Assembly: GCA_943788915.1 (NCBI GenBank)
Contig: CALSSD010000009.1
Span: 186,001 to 210,903 of the forward strand
Reading direction: 5' to 3'
Source: an uncultured Acidimicrobiales bacterium
GTDB taxonomy: Bacteria; Actinomycetota; Acidimicrobiia; Acidimicrobiales; UBA10347
Length of the DNA: 24,903 nucleotides
The notes under the pieces were generated by a model that was not told the origin of the DNA, did no database searches, and saw only the letters and a list, made by a program, of their open reading frames with translations. A program made the translations under genes and the position numbers. Of this stretch, positions 1 to 9,759 are shown one piece after another. Every line of letters begins with the position of its first letter. Positions within the stretch are counted from its first letter, which is position 1.

Positions 1-37
1 GTCAGAATCGACGCGGTTTCTTCTGGAGTGTGCGACT

Positions 38-1308
38 TCATGATCGATATCCGGCGTTGATTTCGATGTAGCCGTGTGTGAGGTCACAGGTCCAGACCGA
101 CCCGGAACCCATTCCCATTCCCATGTCAACCCGCACCACAATGTCGTCCTGCTTGAGGAACTCGTTGGCCCGGTCTTCGCTGTAGTCAGGATGTACGAGC
201 CCGGCTTCGGTGATTTGTTCCTCGCCAATCCAGATGGCGAGTTTGTCTCGGTCCGCTGGTTCGCCGGCCTTGCCGACCGCCATCACGATTCGGCCCCAGT
301 TGGCGTCCTCGGCTGCCATGGCTGTTTTCACCAGCGGTGAGTCGGCGATGGAACGAGCGACGACCTCGGCGGACTCATCGCTCACCGCCCCTTCGACATG
401 GATCTCGATGAACTTATTTGCGCCTTCTCCGTCGCGCACGATCTGGTGGGCCAGGTCGAGACACACTTCGAACACCGCAGCGCTGAAGTCGGCCCATGCC
501 GGATGGTTCGGGCCATCGATCGGCTCATTGCCAGCAGCACCGGTCGAGAACAACAACACCGTGTCGCTCGTCGACGTGTCGCTGTCAACGGTGATGCGAT
601 TAAAGCTTTCGTTTGTTGCACTGCTCACGGCGAGTTGAAGCGCCTCTGATGTTGCCGCGACATCGGTGAACAGGAAACCAAGCATGGTTGCCATGTCGGG
701 GGCGATCATGCCACTGCCCTTGGCGATACCAACGACACTGCCCGAAACATGGGTGCCGGGCACAACGGCAACTGCACCCTTGTTAAACGTGTCGGTGGTG
801 GTGATGGCCTTGGCGGCGTCTGGCCACGACGCTCCCCTGGCCTCGACCAGATGTCCGAGGGCGGCCACCATGTGGCCGTCGTCGAGTGTCTCGCCGATCA
901 CGCCGGTCGAGGCGACATAGATCTCGTTGGCGGGGACACCGAGCGCAGCGCTCAGTGTGTCGACCTCGGCTTGCACCGATGCAGCGCCGGAAGAACCGGT
1001 GAAGGCGTTGGCGTTGCCTGCGTTGCAGACCACAGCGCGGGCGTTGCCACTCGGAAGGATGTCCTTGCACCAGTCGACCGGCGCCGATGGGCATGCCGAC
1101 CGGGTGAAGACACCGCCAACGGTAGTGCCTTCTGGCATGACCGCCAGAAACAGGTCGGGCCGGCCGCTGTAACGAAGATTCGCCGCATAAGCATGGAGTT
1201 CGACGCCAGGAACGACGGGAAGTTCAGGGAACGAGGCCGGAGCCAACGGTGAGACAGGGCTTGCTGAGTCTGGGCTTGCTGAGTCTGGGTTTGCTGAGTC
1301 TGGTTCAC
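38..1308 (-). CDS. argJ: Glutamate N-acetyltransferase / ornithine acetyltransferase ArgJ; probable 1-nt frameshift near 1258
   Basis: Motifs GNANAFTG, ASTGVIGE, TTTDT, KGSGMIAPDMATML (autoproteolysis Thr), DSDTSTSDT, RDGEGA, DANWGR, WTCDLT..YIEINAGYRS. The likely start is GTG 1308, overlapping the argC stop (GTGA) and reading MNQTQQTQTQQAQTQQA; one extra C in the GCCC run would join it to PVSPLAP in the 38..1384 frame. Confidence 0.95.
1258..1303. repeat. 15-bp tandem repeat, 3 copies, in the argJ 5' end
   Basis: TTGCTGAGTCTGG recurs at 1261, 1276 and 1291; on the minus strand it encodes QTQQ(T/A) repeats. Confidence 0.9.
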
Positions 1309-2332
1309 GGCATGAGCCCAACGAGAGGAAGGCCGGCGGTCTCGTCGAGGCCGGCAACGATGTTGGCCGATTGGATCGCTCCACCTGAGGAGCCCTTACA
1401 CAAATTGTCGAGTGCGCAGAAGATCATGGCAGTGTCTGTCCGTTCGTCGTACCGGGCTGAGATATGGGCCGTGTTCGACCCGAGGGTTGCTTTGGTCGTT
1501 GGCAATCGTTCGCTTACGTGCACGAATGGCTCGTCGGCATAGAAGTCGCTAAGGATCGACAGCAATTCATCGGCCGACGTTGGTGCGGCCGGCTTGGCGT
1601 AACACGTCGCCAGAATCCCCCGATTCATCGGCGCCAAGTGAGGCGTGAACACGACTTGGGTGCCAAGTGTCTGCTCGATCTCTGGCGTGTGGCGGTGGGT
1701 GCCCACGCCGTATGCGCTGAAGTCTTCGTCGACGGCGCAGAACGTGGTGTTCTGTTTCGGCGCCCGCCCTGCACCCGATACGCCGCTGGCGGCGTCGATG
1801 ATGATGCCGGTTTCAGAAATCGCCCCCGCTCGCAGGAGCGGTGCAAGGGGCAGAACTGCTGTCTGTGGATAACAGCCCGGCACGGCGACGTGCTGCTTTG
1901 ATGCGATGTCGTCGCGGAACAATTCGGGCAGGCCGTAGGAGAACCTGTCGATCAGGTCGGGCACGTTGTGGGGAACCTCGTACCACTTCTCGTAGACCAG
2001 CGGGTCGTCGAGCCTGAAGTCGGCCGACAGATCCACGACATGGTCGACGTGGTCGATCAGACCGCACCGACGATTTCTTGCGACGCCCGGTGTGGGAGGC
2101 ACGCGAACACAAGGTCGAGATTCTCTAGCCCGGCATCTTCGTACTTCACATAGGTGAGGTCTCCATAGGCTGGCGCCAGACTTGGGTACAGGTCAGCAAC
2201 ATTGTTTCCCGCCTGGGTATCGCCGGTCACGGCCCGGACTTCCATGTTTGGGTGATTCACCAAGAGGCGCAACAGTTCGGCTCCGGTGAACCCCGAGGCT
2301 CCAACGATTCCGACGGACAGCTGTTCAGGCAT
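1305..2332 (-). CDS. argC: N-acetyl-gamma-glutamyl-phosphate reductase ArgC; split by a frameshift near 2060-2075
   Basis: N-terminal part (ORF 2057..2554, from ATG 2332) has GIVGASGFTGAELLRLL and FACLPH. C-terminal part (ORF 1305..2102) has VVDLSADFRL, YGLPEL, PGCYP (catalytic Cys), SGVSGAGR, HRHTPEI, FTPHLAPMNRGI and LDNLCKG. Confidence 0.95.
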
Positions 2333-2366
2333 CGCATGACTATACACAGCAATGCATGAACATGCG
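2333..2366. promoter_or_regulatory. Tandem ARG boxes (ArgR operator) overlapping a leaderless argC promoter
   Basis: CGCATGACTATACA (2333-2346) and TGCATGAACATGCG (2353-2366) match the TGCATRnnYATGCA-like palindrome with 20-bp periodicity. A minus-strand TATAGT (2339-2344) lies 6 nt before the ATG. Confidence 0.85.
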
Positions 2367-2404
2367 GTTCTTTCTGGACACCTTCCTACTGATGCAACAA
2401 AACC

Positions 2405-2905
2405 TTGTGCCAAAGTGGCTACGTGCACACCGCAACGTCTCGGCGCGACACATCCCGAATCACAGCAGCTGCCCTCAACCCCAAAGTGGCCACAATCGCC
2501 ATCGCTGTCGCGTTCGTGGCCGCAGCCTGCGGCCAGCCGGTCGCACCAGTGCAACAGCGGGCACTCGTCCCAGCCGATGCCATAACGCCCTACTACGTGG
2601 GTTCACCGCGTGATCCGGCAGCGGTCGATGAGTTACTGGCCCAGGCCGAACGCTCGGCGGCCGCGGGTGAACTTGTGGTTACTGCCGATGTCAGCGGATG
2701 TACGCTGCCGACTATCTGGGCCCAGCCACGACCCGAGCAGATCGCCGTGAGCTACGAGTTCGACGACACAATTGCGTGCGCAGAGCAGATCAGCTACCGA
2801 GCGATATTCGTGGTTCCTGGGTCAGGCATGAACGAACACGGCCAATGGGCGTATTCCCCCGGCCCACCAGATATCGCCACCGAAGCCCACCGACCGCCTC
2901 GCTGA
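2405..2905 (+). CDS. Hypothetical lipoprotein (start uncertain; alternative GTG at 2486)
   Basis: Hydrophobic stretch VATIAIAVAFVAAA followed by CG (lipobox-like); two further Cys in the mature part; fills the gap between argC and the oxygenase. Confidence 0.55.
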   Translation: MCQSGYVHTATSRRDTSRITAAALNPKVATIAIAVAFVAAACGQPVAPVQQRALVPADAITPYYVGSPRDPAAVDELLAQAERSAAAGELVVTADVSGCTLPTIWAQPRPEQIAVSYEFDDTIACAEQISYRAIFVVPGSGMNEHGQWAYSPGPPDIATEAHRPPR

Positions 2906-3112
2906 GCGCTGGTGGTATCCGACTAGCCAGCTGGCGTCGGGCCAACCAGATCCCTCAGATTGCCGGGGACTTCTCGCCCCACGGCGATGCGCCCACAACC
3001 TGCGCACGATTTCATCCCGTCGGACGGATGGCCGTGTCGTTGCTAACCTGCCAACGTGACTTCGAACGCGACAGACCACGACCGGTCAATTCAAGAACAC
3101 GGTACGGAAGCT

Positions 3113-4151
3113 GTGAGCACTGAGTACTCCCGGTATGACCAAGTCGAAAAGCCCGCGTACCACTTGTCCGAAGCTGCCGACTCAGCCGATGCATTCGACG
3201 AGGACTTCACCTTCACTACCTGCGACCTGGGCCGGTACCTGCATGGCAATGCTGCAGACAAGGCCGCATTTGCCGGCGAACTTGGGTCAGCAATGCGGGA
3301 CATCGGGTTCGTCATTCTCGAAGGTCACGGTGTAGATCCAGCGTTGATAAAAAATGCGGAAGACACGATCGAAGAGGTATTCACGTCGGTCACACTCGAA
3401 GACAAGATGCGTTTCCGAGCCGAACGACATGGCGCTGTCAGCGAGGGCTACTTTCCCGGTTAAGGAGACCAGCGACATTCATCCCGACCTTGTCGAAGGT
3501 TGGGTGTTCGGGCGTCGGGCGTTTGACCTCGACGGCGATGCCGCGTACGACGCTGCGAACTTCTGGCCGAGCCCACACGTGGAACCGACCTACCGGGCGC
3601 TCGTTGAAGCCGAGCTCCCACTCTTCCAGCCAATCATGCAGAGCATCCTGCAATCACTCGGGTGCGACCCCCACCTGTTCGACGAGAAGCTCGAGCGTTC
3701 GAACCTGGGCCTGCGACTGAACTACTACCCGCCCATGGATGCAGCTGACCAGGCAAGCGGTGCTGGCCGACTGCTCGGCCATGAAGACATCGACCTGTTC
3801 ACGTTGCTTCCAGCCCCAGCGGTCGAAGGTCTGCAGGTACTCAATCGCAACGGCAAGTGGGTTCGACTCAGCGCACCTGCTGGTTCGATCATCATGAACA
3901 CCGGTGACTACCTGCAGCGCATCACCAACGACCTCATGCCGTCGACCACCCACCGCGTCAGCCCACCCCAAGATCCGGAACAGGTCGGCAAACTACGGGT
4001 CAGCATTCCACTGGCTGCCTATCTGCGCCCCCACGAGATGCTCGAAGTGCTACCTGGTATTGGCGAACCGAAGTACGACCCGATCGAGGTCATCACCTTC
4101 CACACCCGGACAACCGCCAAGTTCTACGGCGACGATTACGCCGTCGGCTAG
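3113..4151 (+). CDS. Isopenicillin N synthase-like 2-oxoglutarate/Fe(II) dioxygenase; frameshift near 3455-3462
   Basis: DIOX_N-like AMRDIGFVILEGHGV in ORF 3056..3463. ORF 3354..4151 has LRLNYYPP, HEDIDLFTLL (HxD), GLQV, NTGDYLQRITN, STTHRV (distal His) and RVS (2OG-binding RxS). Confidence 0.85.
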
Positions 4152-4160
4152 TCCGCGCTG

Positions 4161-4424
4161 CACCGCTCCGCTCGGGTCGACGTTCGTCGAACATGGCCCC
4201 GAGTGATTCGGGTCGCCTCGTCCCTCGGCTCCTCCCGCTCGTCCCTCGCTCCCACCTGGTTTTCACCGCTCCACTCGGGTCGACCTTCGTCGAACATGGC
4301 CCCGAGTGATTCGGGTCGCCTCGTCCCTCGGCTCCTCCCGCTCGTCCCTCGCTCCCACCTGGTTTTCACCGCTCCACTCGGGTCGACCTTCGTCGAACAT
4401 GGCCCCGAGTGATTCGGGTCGCCT
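4161..4424. repeat. Tandem 103-bp REP-like hairpin repeat, about 2.6 near-identical copies
   Basis: Units start at 4161, 4264 and 4367. Each has a stem (A/G)CTCGGG...CCCGAGT enclosing TCGAC...GTCGA; the two full units also carry a pyrimidine-rich tract with CTCGTCCCTCG twice. Confidence 0.95.
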
Positions 4425-4494
4425 GTCGGACATAACCATCGTCTCGAAATAACCGGGGTGGCGGCCGGGTTGCGCCACTACGATCTACAACCGC

Positions 4495-5494
4495 ATGAGC
4501 TCATATGAACAGCTAGCAGCTGACGCTGTTGCCGAGATCGACGGCGCGGGTGATCTCGACTCCCTCGAGGCCCTTCGTCCGACGCTGCTTGGCAAGAAGG
4601 CGCCCATCTCCGCCGCGAAGAAAGGATCTCGGTTCTCTTGAGCCAGATCAGCGCAAGGAAGCCGGTCAGGCAATCAATGCCGCTCGACAAGCAGTCGAAG
4701 CAGCCTTTGCCGCCCGCCACGCAGATCTCGCCAGCGCGGCTCGCGCTGTCGCTCTCGAGGCGGAACGGCTCGACCTCACCGAGTTTCAGAAGCGCAATCA
4801 GACGCTGGCCACCTGCATCTGATCACCCAGGCCCGCGACCGCCTCGAAGACGTGTTCGTCGGCATGGGTTACACCGTGGCCGAGGGCCCCGAGGTCGAGA
4901 CCGCCTGGTACAACTTCGAGGCGCTCAACATCCCCGAATGGCATCCCTGCCCGGGGCAGCTTCGACACCATCTTCGTGAACCTGGGCGAACCCGAAGAGG
5001 TCATGCTGCGGTCGCACACCTCTCCGGTGCAGATCCGCACCATGGAGAACCAGGAGCCGCCGATCTACATCATCGCTCCCGGCCGCACCTTCCGCACCGA
5101 CACCGCCGATGCCACCCACCTGCCGGCGTTCAACCAGCTCGAAGGCCTGGTCATCGACAAGGGCATCACCATGGGTGACCTGGCTGGCACCATCGACGAG
5201 TTCGTGCACACCTTCTTCGGCGCCGAGGTCAACACCCGCCTGCGCCCCTCCTACTTCCCGTTCACGGAACCATCGGCCGAATTCGACATCAGCCTGCCCG
5301 ACGGCAGCTGGCTCGAACTGGGCGGCTGCGGCATGGTGCACCCCAACGTGCTCCGCAACTGCGGCATCGACCCCGAGATCTGGCAAGGCTTTGCCTTCGG
5401 CTTCGGCATCGACCGCCTGGCCGTCATGCGTTACCAACTCGACGACATCCGCGAACTCGTGAACAACGACGTCCGCTTCCTCAGGCAATTCTGA
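4495..5494 (+). CDS. pheS: Phenylalanine--tRNA ligase alpha subunit; about 3 apparent frameshifts (near 4622, 4803, 4948)
   Basis: Pieces read MSSYEQ...[115 protein letters not shown]; lies upstream of pheT. Confidence 0.95.
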
Positions 5495-5668
5495 ATGTTC
5501 GCCCGCGCACTCACTCTGTCTGCATGTCGCCCAGCGTTCTTGTCTCCGCTCGCGGCCGCTCTGCGGACTCACGTGCCCACTATCCCTGAATCTCCCTCGC
5601 AGATCGCAGCTTCAAAGCTTCGCTCCGACTGTTCTGCGGACCGCCCCTTGAACGAGAGTTCCACTCGC

Positions 5669-8038
5669 ATGAAGGTGCTGCTCTCCTGGTTGCGTGAATT
5701 CGCGCCAGATATCCAAGGTGACCCGGTGGAGCTCGGCGAGACGCTGAGTTCACTTGGCCTGGCTGTTGAAGAAATGACGATCACCGGTCAAGGCCTCGAC
5801 GGCATCGTGCTGGCCAAGGTGTTGGACCTGTCACCACACCCAGACGCCGACAAGATCCAGATCGTGCAGGTCGACGCTGGCGACGGTCAGCCGCTGCAGG
5901 TGTGTTGCGGCGCGTTCAATATGGCGGTCGGCGATTTGATTCCGTTCGCCACTATCGGCACCACCATGCCCAACGGCATGGAGATTGCGCAGCGCAAGAT
6001 GCGCGGCCAGATGTCTAACGGCATGTGCTGCTCGGCAAGTGAGATCGGCCTGGGCGAAGATAGTGACGGCATCATGCTGCTCACCGGTCAAACCGATGCC
6101 GCACTGGGTGCTCCCATCAACGAGGCGCTCGGTATCACCGAAGACGTCCTGTGGGACCTCGAAGTCAACGCCAACCGCCCCGACGCCATGTCGGTGTCCG
6201 GCGTTGCGCGTGACCTTGCAGCAAAGCTAGGCGTGCCGTTCAGCTTCCCTGACTACAACTACACCTCGTCAGGCGCAGTAGTTACGGACGAAGCCAACAT
6301 CGAGATCATCGATCCGTCATTGTGCGGCCGTTTTCTGGCCCGCACCATTCATGGTGTCACGATCGGCACCTCGCCTCGCTGGATCCAGCAACGACTCATT
6401 GCACTCGGCATGCGCCCGATCAACAGCGTGGTCGACATCAGTAACTATGTGATGCTCGAACTCGGCCAGCCGAACCACACCTATGACTTGGCAACCGTTC
6501 CTGGTGGCCATATCAAGGTCCGCCGAGCTCACGAGGGAGAACAGATGATCACCCTCGATGGTGTCGAACGTTCGCTCGTGCCCGGCGACGGTGTAATCGC
6601 CAATGGCGACGACGTCGCTATTGGCCTTGCCGGTGTTATGGGCGGTGCCGACACCGAGATCAGCGATGACACCACCTCGGTCCTTGTCGAAATGGCCTGG
6701 TGGGACCCACCGAGCATCTCCCGCACGATCAAGCGGTTGAACCTGCCGAGCGAAGCCGGTACTCGGTACCGCCGCGGCGCTGACTGGGGCGACAACATGC
6801 CTCGAGCACTCGATCGTTTCTGCCAGCTCATCGCCGAGTCCGGCGCAACCGTTTCGCCTGGCACCATCGACGAGTCTGGCACTACGCCTGACCGCACTCC
6901 GCTGCCCGTCCGGGTTGCCAAGGTCAACGGCCTGCTCGGCACCGACATCGACGCTGCCACGATGGGCAACCATCTGAGCAGCATCGGTTTCCAGGTCGAC
7001 GACGACTCAGACGCCGAGAACCTCTCGGTCACCATCCCGACGTGGCGTTGGGACACCGAAACTGAAACCGATGTTGCCGAAGAAGTCGGCCGCATGTTCG
7101 GCTTCGAGAACATCGTGCGCACAACCCCGCGCAGCGAGATCATCGGCCATCTCACCGACTACCAGAAAGCCCGCCGTGCCGTGCGCTCCGCATTGGTAGG
7201 TGCTGGTTGCGACGAGATCCAACCAATGCCGTTCCTCGGCCCTGGTGATCTGTCTGCTGCTGGCATGCCCGAAGATGGCGTGACGCTTGCGAACCCGTTG
7301 GTGCAAGAAGAGTCGATCCTGCGCACCTCGCTCATGCCTGGTCATCTCAAGGCGATTGCCTACAACCAGTCGCATCGATCCGGGCCAGTTCGTTTCTTCG
7401 AGATCGGACACATCTTCCTGCCACCAGCTGAAGACCCACTTCGCCCCGACGAGCGCGAATACCTCGCCGTGTGCGCCTCCGATTCCGAGGCTCCGATTGC
7501 GGTCGAACTGCTCGGCTTGCTCGATGGCACGCTCGCGCTGCCTAACGTGCAGCTTCGCCCATCGACACCGAACGGCATGCACCCAACACGCAGCGCCGAT
7601 GTCGTCATTGCCGGCAAGGTCCGTGGTCATGTCGGTGAAGTCGATCCCGCCGTGTGCAAGGCGTTCAACATCGATGGTCGAGTCGCGTGGCTCGAGCTGG
7701 ATCTCGAAGCCGTGCTCAACGGGCCGCATGGCAACCGCAAGTACTCCCCCGTGAGCAAGTACCCATCGAGCGATATCGACCTGGCGTTCGAGGTTCCTGA
7801 CTCGATCCCTGCGTCGAATATCGCAGGCGCCCTGCGCAAGGGTGGCGGCAAGCAGCTGATCAATGTCGAGCTGTTCGATACCTATCGAGGCACCGGGGTT
7901 GCCGACGGTTCTCGCAGCCTGGCCTTCCGCCTGCGCTTCCAAGCAACCGACCGCACCATGGTCGACGACGAAGTCGGCGAACTCCGCGCCGCCTGCATCA
8001 ACGCCGCCCAGAAACAAAAGGGCGTCACCCTCCGCTGA
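5669..8038 (+). CDS. pheT: Phenylalanine--tRNA ligase beta subunit
   Basis: Canonical N-terminus MKVLLSWLREF, then HPDADKI, CGAFN, MRGQMSNGMCCS, NRPDAMSVSGVARD, GMRPINSVVDISNYVMLELGQP, DVAEEVGRMFGF, NPL..LRTSL and a C-terminal anticodon-binding domain (SLAFRLRFQATDRTM). Confidence 0.98.
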   Translation: MKVLLSWLREFAPDIQGDPVELGETLSSLGLAVEEMTITGQGLDGIVLAKVLDLSPHPDADKIQIVQVDAGDGQPLQVCCGAFNMAVGDLIPFATIGTTMPNGMEIAQRKMRGQMSNGMCCSASEIGLGEDSDGIMLLTGQTDAALGAPINEALGITEDVLWDLEVNANRPDAMSVSGVARDLAAKLGVPFSFPDYNYTSSGAVVTDEANIEIIDPSLCGRFLARTIHGVTIGTSPRWIQQRLIALGMRPINSVVDISNYVMLELGQPNHTYDLATVPGGHIKVRRAHEGEQMITLDGVERSLVPGDGVIANGDDVAIGLAGVMGGADTEISDDTTSVLVEMAWWDPPSISRTIKRLNLPSEAGTRYRRGADWGDNMPRALDRFCQLIAESGATVSPGTIDESGTTPDRTPLPVRVAKVNGLLGTDIDAATMGNHLSSIGFQVDDDSDAENLSVTIPTWRWDTETETDVAEEVGRMFGFENIVRTTPRSEIIGHLTDYQKARRAVRSALVGAGCDEIQPMPFLGPGDLSAAGMPEDGVTLANPLVQEESILRTSLMPGHLKAIAYNQSHRSGPVRFFEIGHIFLPPAEDPLRPDEREYLAVCASDSEAPIAVELLGLLDGTLALPNVQLRPSTPNGMHPTRSADVVIAGKVRGHVGEVDPAVCKAFNIDGRVAWLELDLEAVLNGPHGNRKYSPVSKYPSSDIDLAFEVPDSIPASNIAGALRKGGGKQLINVELFDTYRGTGVADGSRSLAFRLRFQATDRTMVDDEVGELRAACINAAQKQKGVTLR

Positions 8039-8345
8039 CGCGTTAGCTCTACGAGGATCCCGCCCTGTTCGTGGCCGCTGCTGGTCAAGCGGGTTGGCCT
8101 GCCACAGGCGTGTGGTTCGACGGTGCAGGTGACAGACCTGATCGGCAGTTGCGGCGGACCCCAAGTCCTGTTGCCACTTGGACACGCGGTGATCATCCTA
8201 TGGATTCCGGTAACTGGCGCTCGCTGTAACGCGTCTTAAGAACACGTTGCGGGTTAGCGCAGTGTTGTCGGACGGAGGATCATCCAGTAGCTGAGAGCTC
8301 AACACGCAGCTTGTCGTGGAGCAGATTAGTTCGCCAACCGATCTT

Positions 8346-8372
8346 GTATATCGAACGTTTGTTCGATATACT
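8346..8372. promoter_or_regulatory. LexA (SOS) box overlapping the -10 of the DUF222-HNH gene
   Basis: Perfect actinobacterial TCGAAC-N4-GTTCGA at 8351-8366 inside the palindrome GTATATCGAAC gttt GTTCGATATAC; TATACT at 8367-8372, 9 nt before ATG 8382. Confidence 0.9.
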
Positions 8373-8381
8373 TTGAAGACG

Positions 8382-9759
8382 ATGACTGCCACAATTACTT
8401 CACCCCAGAGTGATGCCGACCTTCTTGTGGCGATGCGTTTGCGGTGTGCCCAGCCGGTGGACCGACTGCAAGAGTTGCGTTGGCTTTCGACCGATGTTCA
8501 GCAGTTCTTGGACAACGACATGGCCGATACGGCCTCAGATGACGAGCCAGCCGGTCAACGGTTCGCTAGTGCTAACGACGCGGTCGAGGCTCTGCAGATC
8601 GCGGAGTTTCTTCGCCGCTCTGCCGATGCCATCACCGTGCAGGTCATGGACGATGTCGCCGACTCCTACGTGGTTGACGAACACGGCCACGCGTCGGTTC
8701 GGGCCATGTACGACGCTGCAACCAGCCAGTCCAGTCGAGACCTCTATGGCCTCGAGCAAGTACGCAAGATGTTCCGCAAGTGTCCCGACATCAAGGCTGC
8801 CGCTTACAACGCCGACCTCTCATGGGAACACCTGCGGCTGCTGGCCCGGGTGTATGCCAACCGTCGGGTTCGCTCAGCCTTCATTGACCAGCAGGGCTGG
8901 TTTCTGCGCAAGGCTGGCCGGTTCGACTTCCGACGGTTCGAGATTCTGGTCAACCGGTGGGAAGAAGTCAACGACCCCGACGGGCCCGAACCCGACGACG
9001 CGTTTGTCAAGCGCACCGCCAGTGCCACCCAAGATCATTTCAGCAAGGCATGGCACCGTACTTCAACCCACAGCCCCCAGATCGGCGCCGCCATGGCCGA
9101 CGTCGAGAACGTGTACATCGAAGCCGAGTTCGCAAAGGATTGGGAAGCAGCCAAAGCCATCCATGGCGACAAGACATGCAAGGCGACCTCGCCCGCACCG
9201 ATGCCCAACGGCGAGCCGATGCCCAAGCTCAGATCTATGCCGATGCGGCGGCCAACCCGAATGCCTCGGTGTCATTCAACTTCGTGCATCACATTGTCTG
9301 CTCACTCGACGTCCACCTCGAGATGGCCCGTCGTTATCAGGGCGCAGCACCCGGCCGTTCGACCTCGACACCTTCCGATGCGAAACCATCGATGGCAAAC
9401 AACTCGACCCGACCGAGACCTTCATGGACTCACTCACCAGCCCGTTCCGACGGGTCATCATGGATGCCAAAGGAGTCGTGATCGACGTGAGCGAACGTCG
9501 GTTCTTCACCGGCATAGCTCGCACCGCATTGCAAATCTCTCACGACGAATGTGAGTGGCCGGGCTGCCACGTGCCTGCCAGCCGCTGCCAGGGAGACCAT
9601 ACGCTTTCCAGACAGAACGGCGGGCCGACGACACAGGCCAACGGATCAATCTTGTGCCAGCGACACAACCGGCACAAGGAACGGGGCTACACGGTGTGGC
9701 GAGATCCGGTAGCCGGCGATCTCCATATCAAGACCCCACTCGGTACCCAGATCTGTTAA
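8382..9759 (+). CDS. DUF222 (13E12-repeat family) HNH endonuclease; 2 apparent frameshifts (near 9182 and 9345)
   Basis: Helical N-terminus with DPDGPEP, middle piece LARTDAQRRADA, C-terminal CEWPGCHVPASRCQGDH..GGPTTQANGSILCQRHNRHKE (HNH with Zn ligands); upstream LexA box as in mycobacterial 13E12 genes. Confidence 0.85.

Noticed and set aside
3113..4151. Beta-lactam biosynthesis (true isopenicillin N synthase)
   Set aside because: Only superfamily motifs are present, and there is no ACV synthetase or other cluster gene nearby.
4161..4424. CRISPR array or T-box leader for pheS
   Set aside because: The sequences between hairpins are identical rather than unique spacers, no cas genes are present, and no T-box motif or terminator/antiterminator is recognisable.
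4495..5494. pheS pseudogene or programmed frameshifting
   Set aside because: Essential gene with intact motifs in every piece; several independent indels without slippery-site context point to sequencing error.
7007..8185. Long antisense ORFs (for example 7007..8185 and 15273..16241) and other overlapping alternative frames
   Set aside because: Shadows of real genes in GC-rich DNA, with no recognisable motifs.
8039..8345. ncRNA or small gene between pheT and the HNH gene
   Set aside because: Only a short CCAAGT/ACTTGG stem near 8161-8181; no convincing ORF or RNA family signature.
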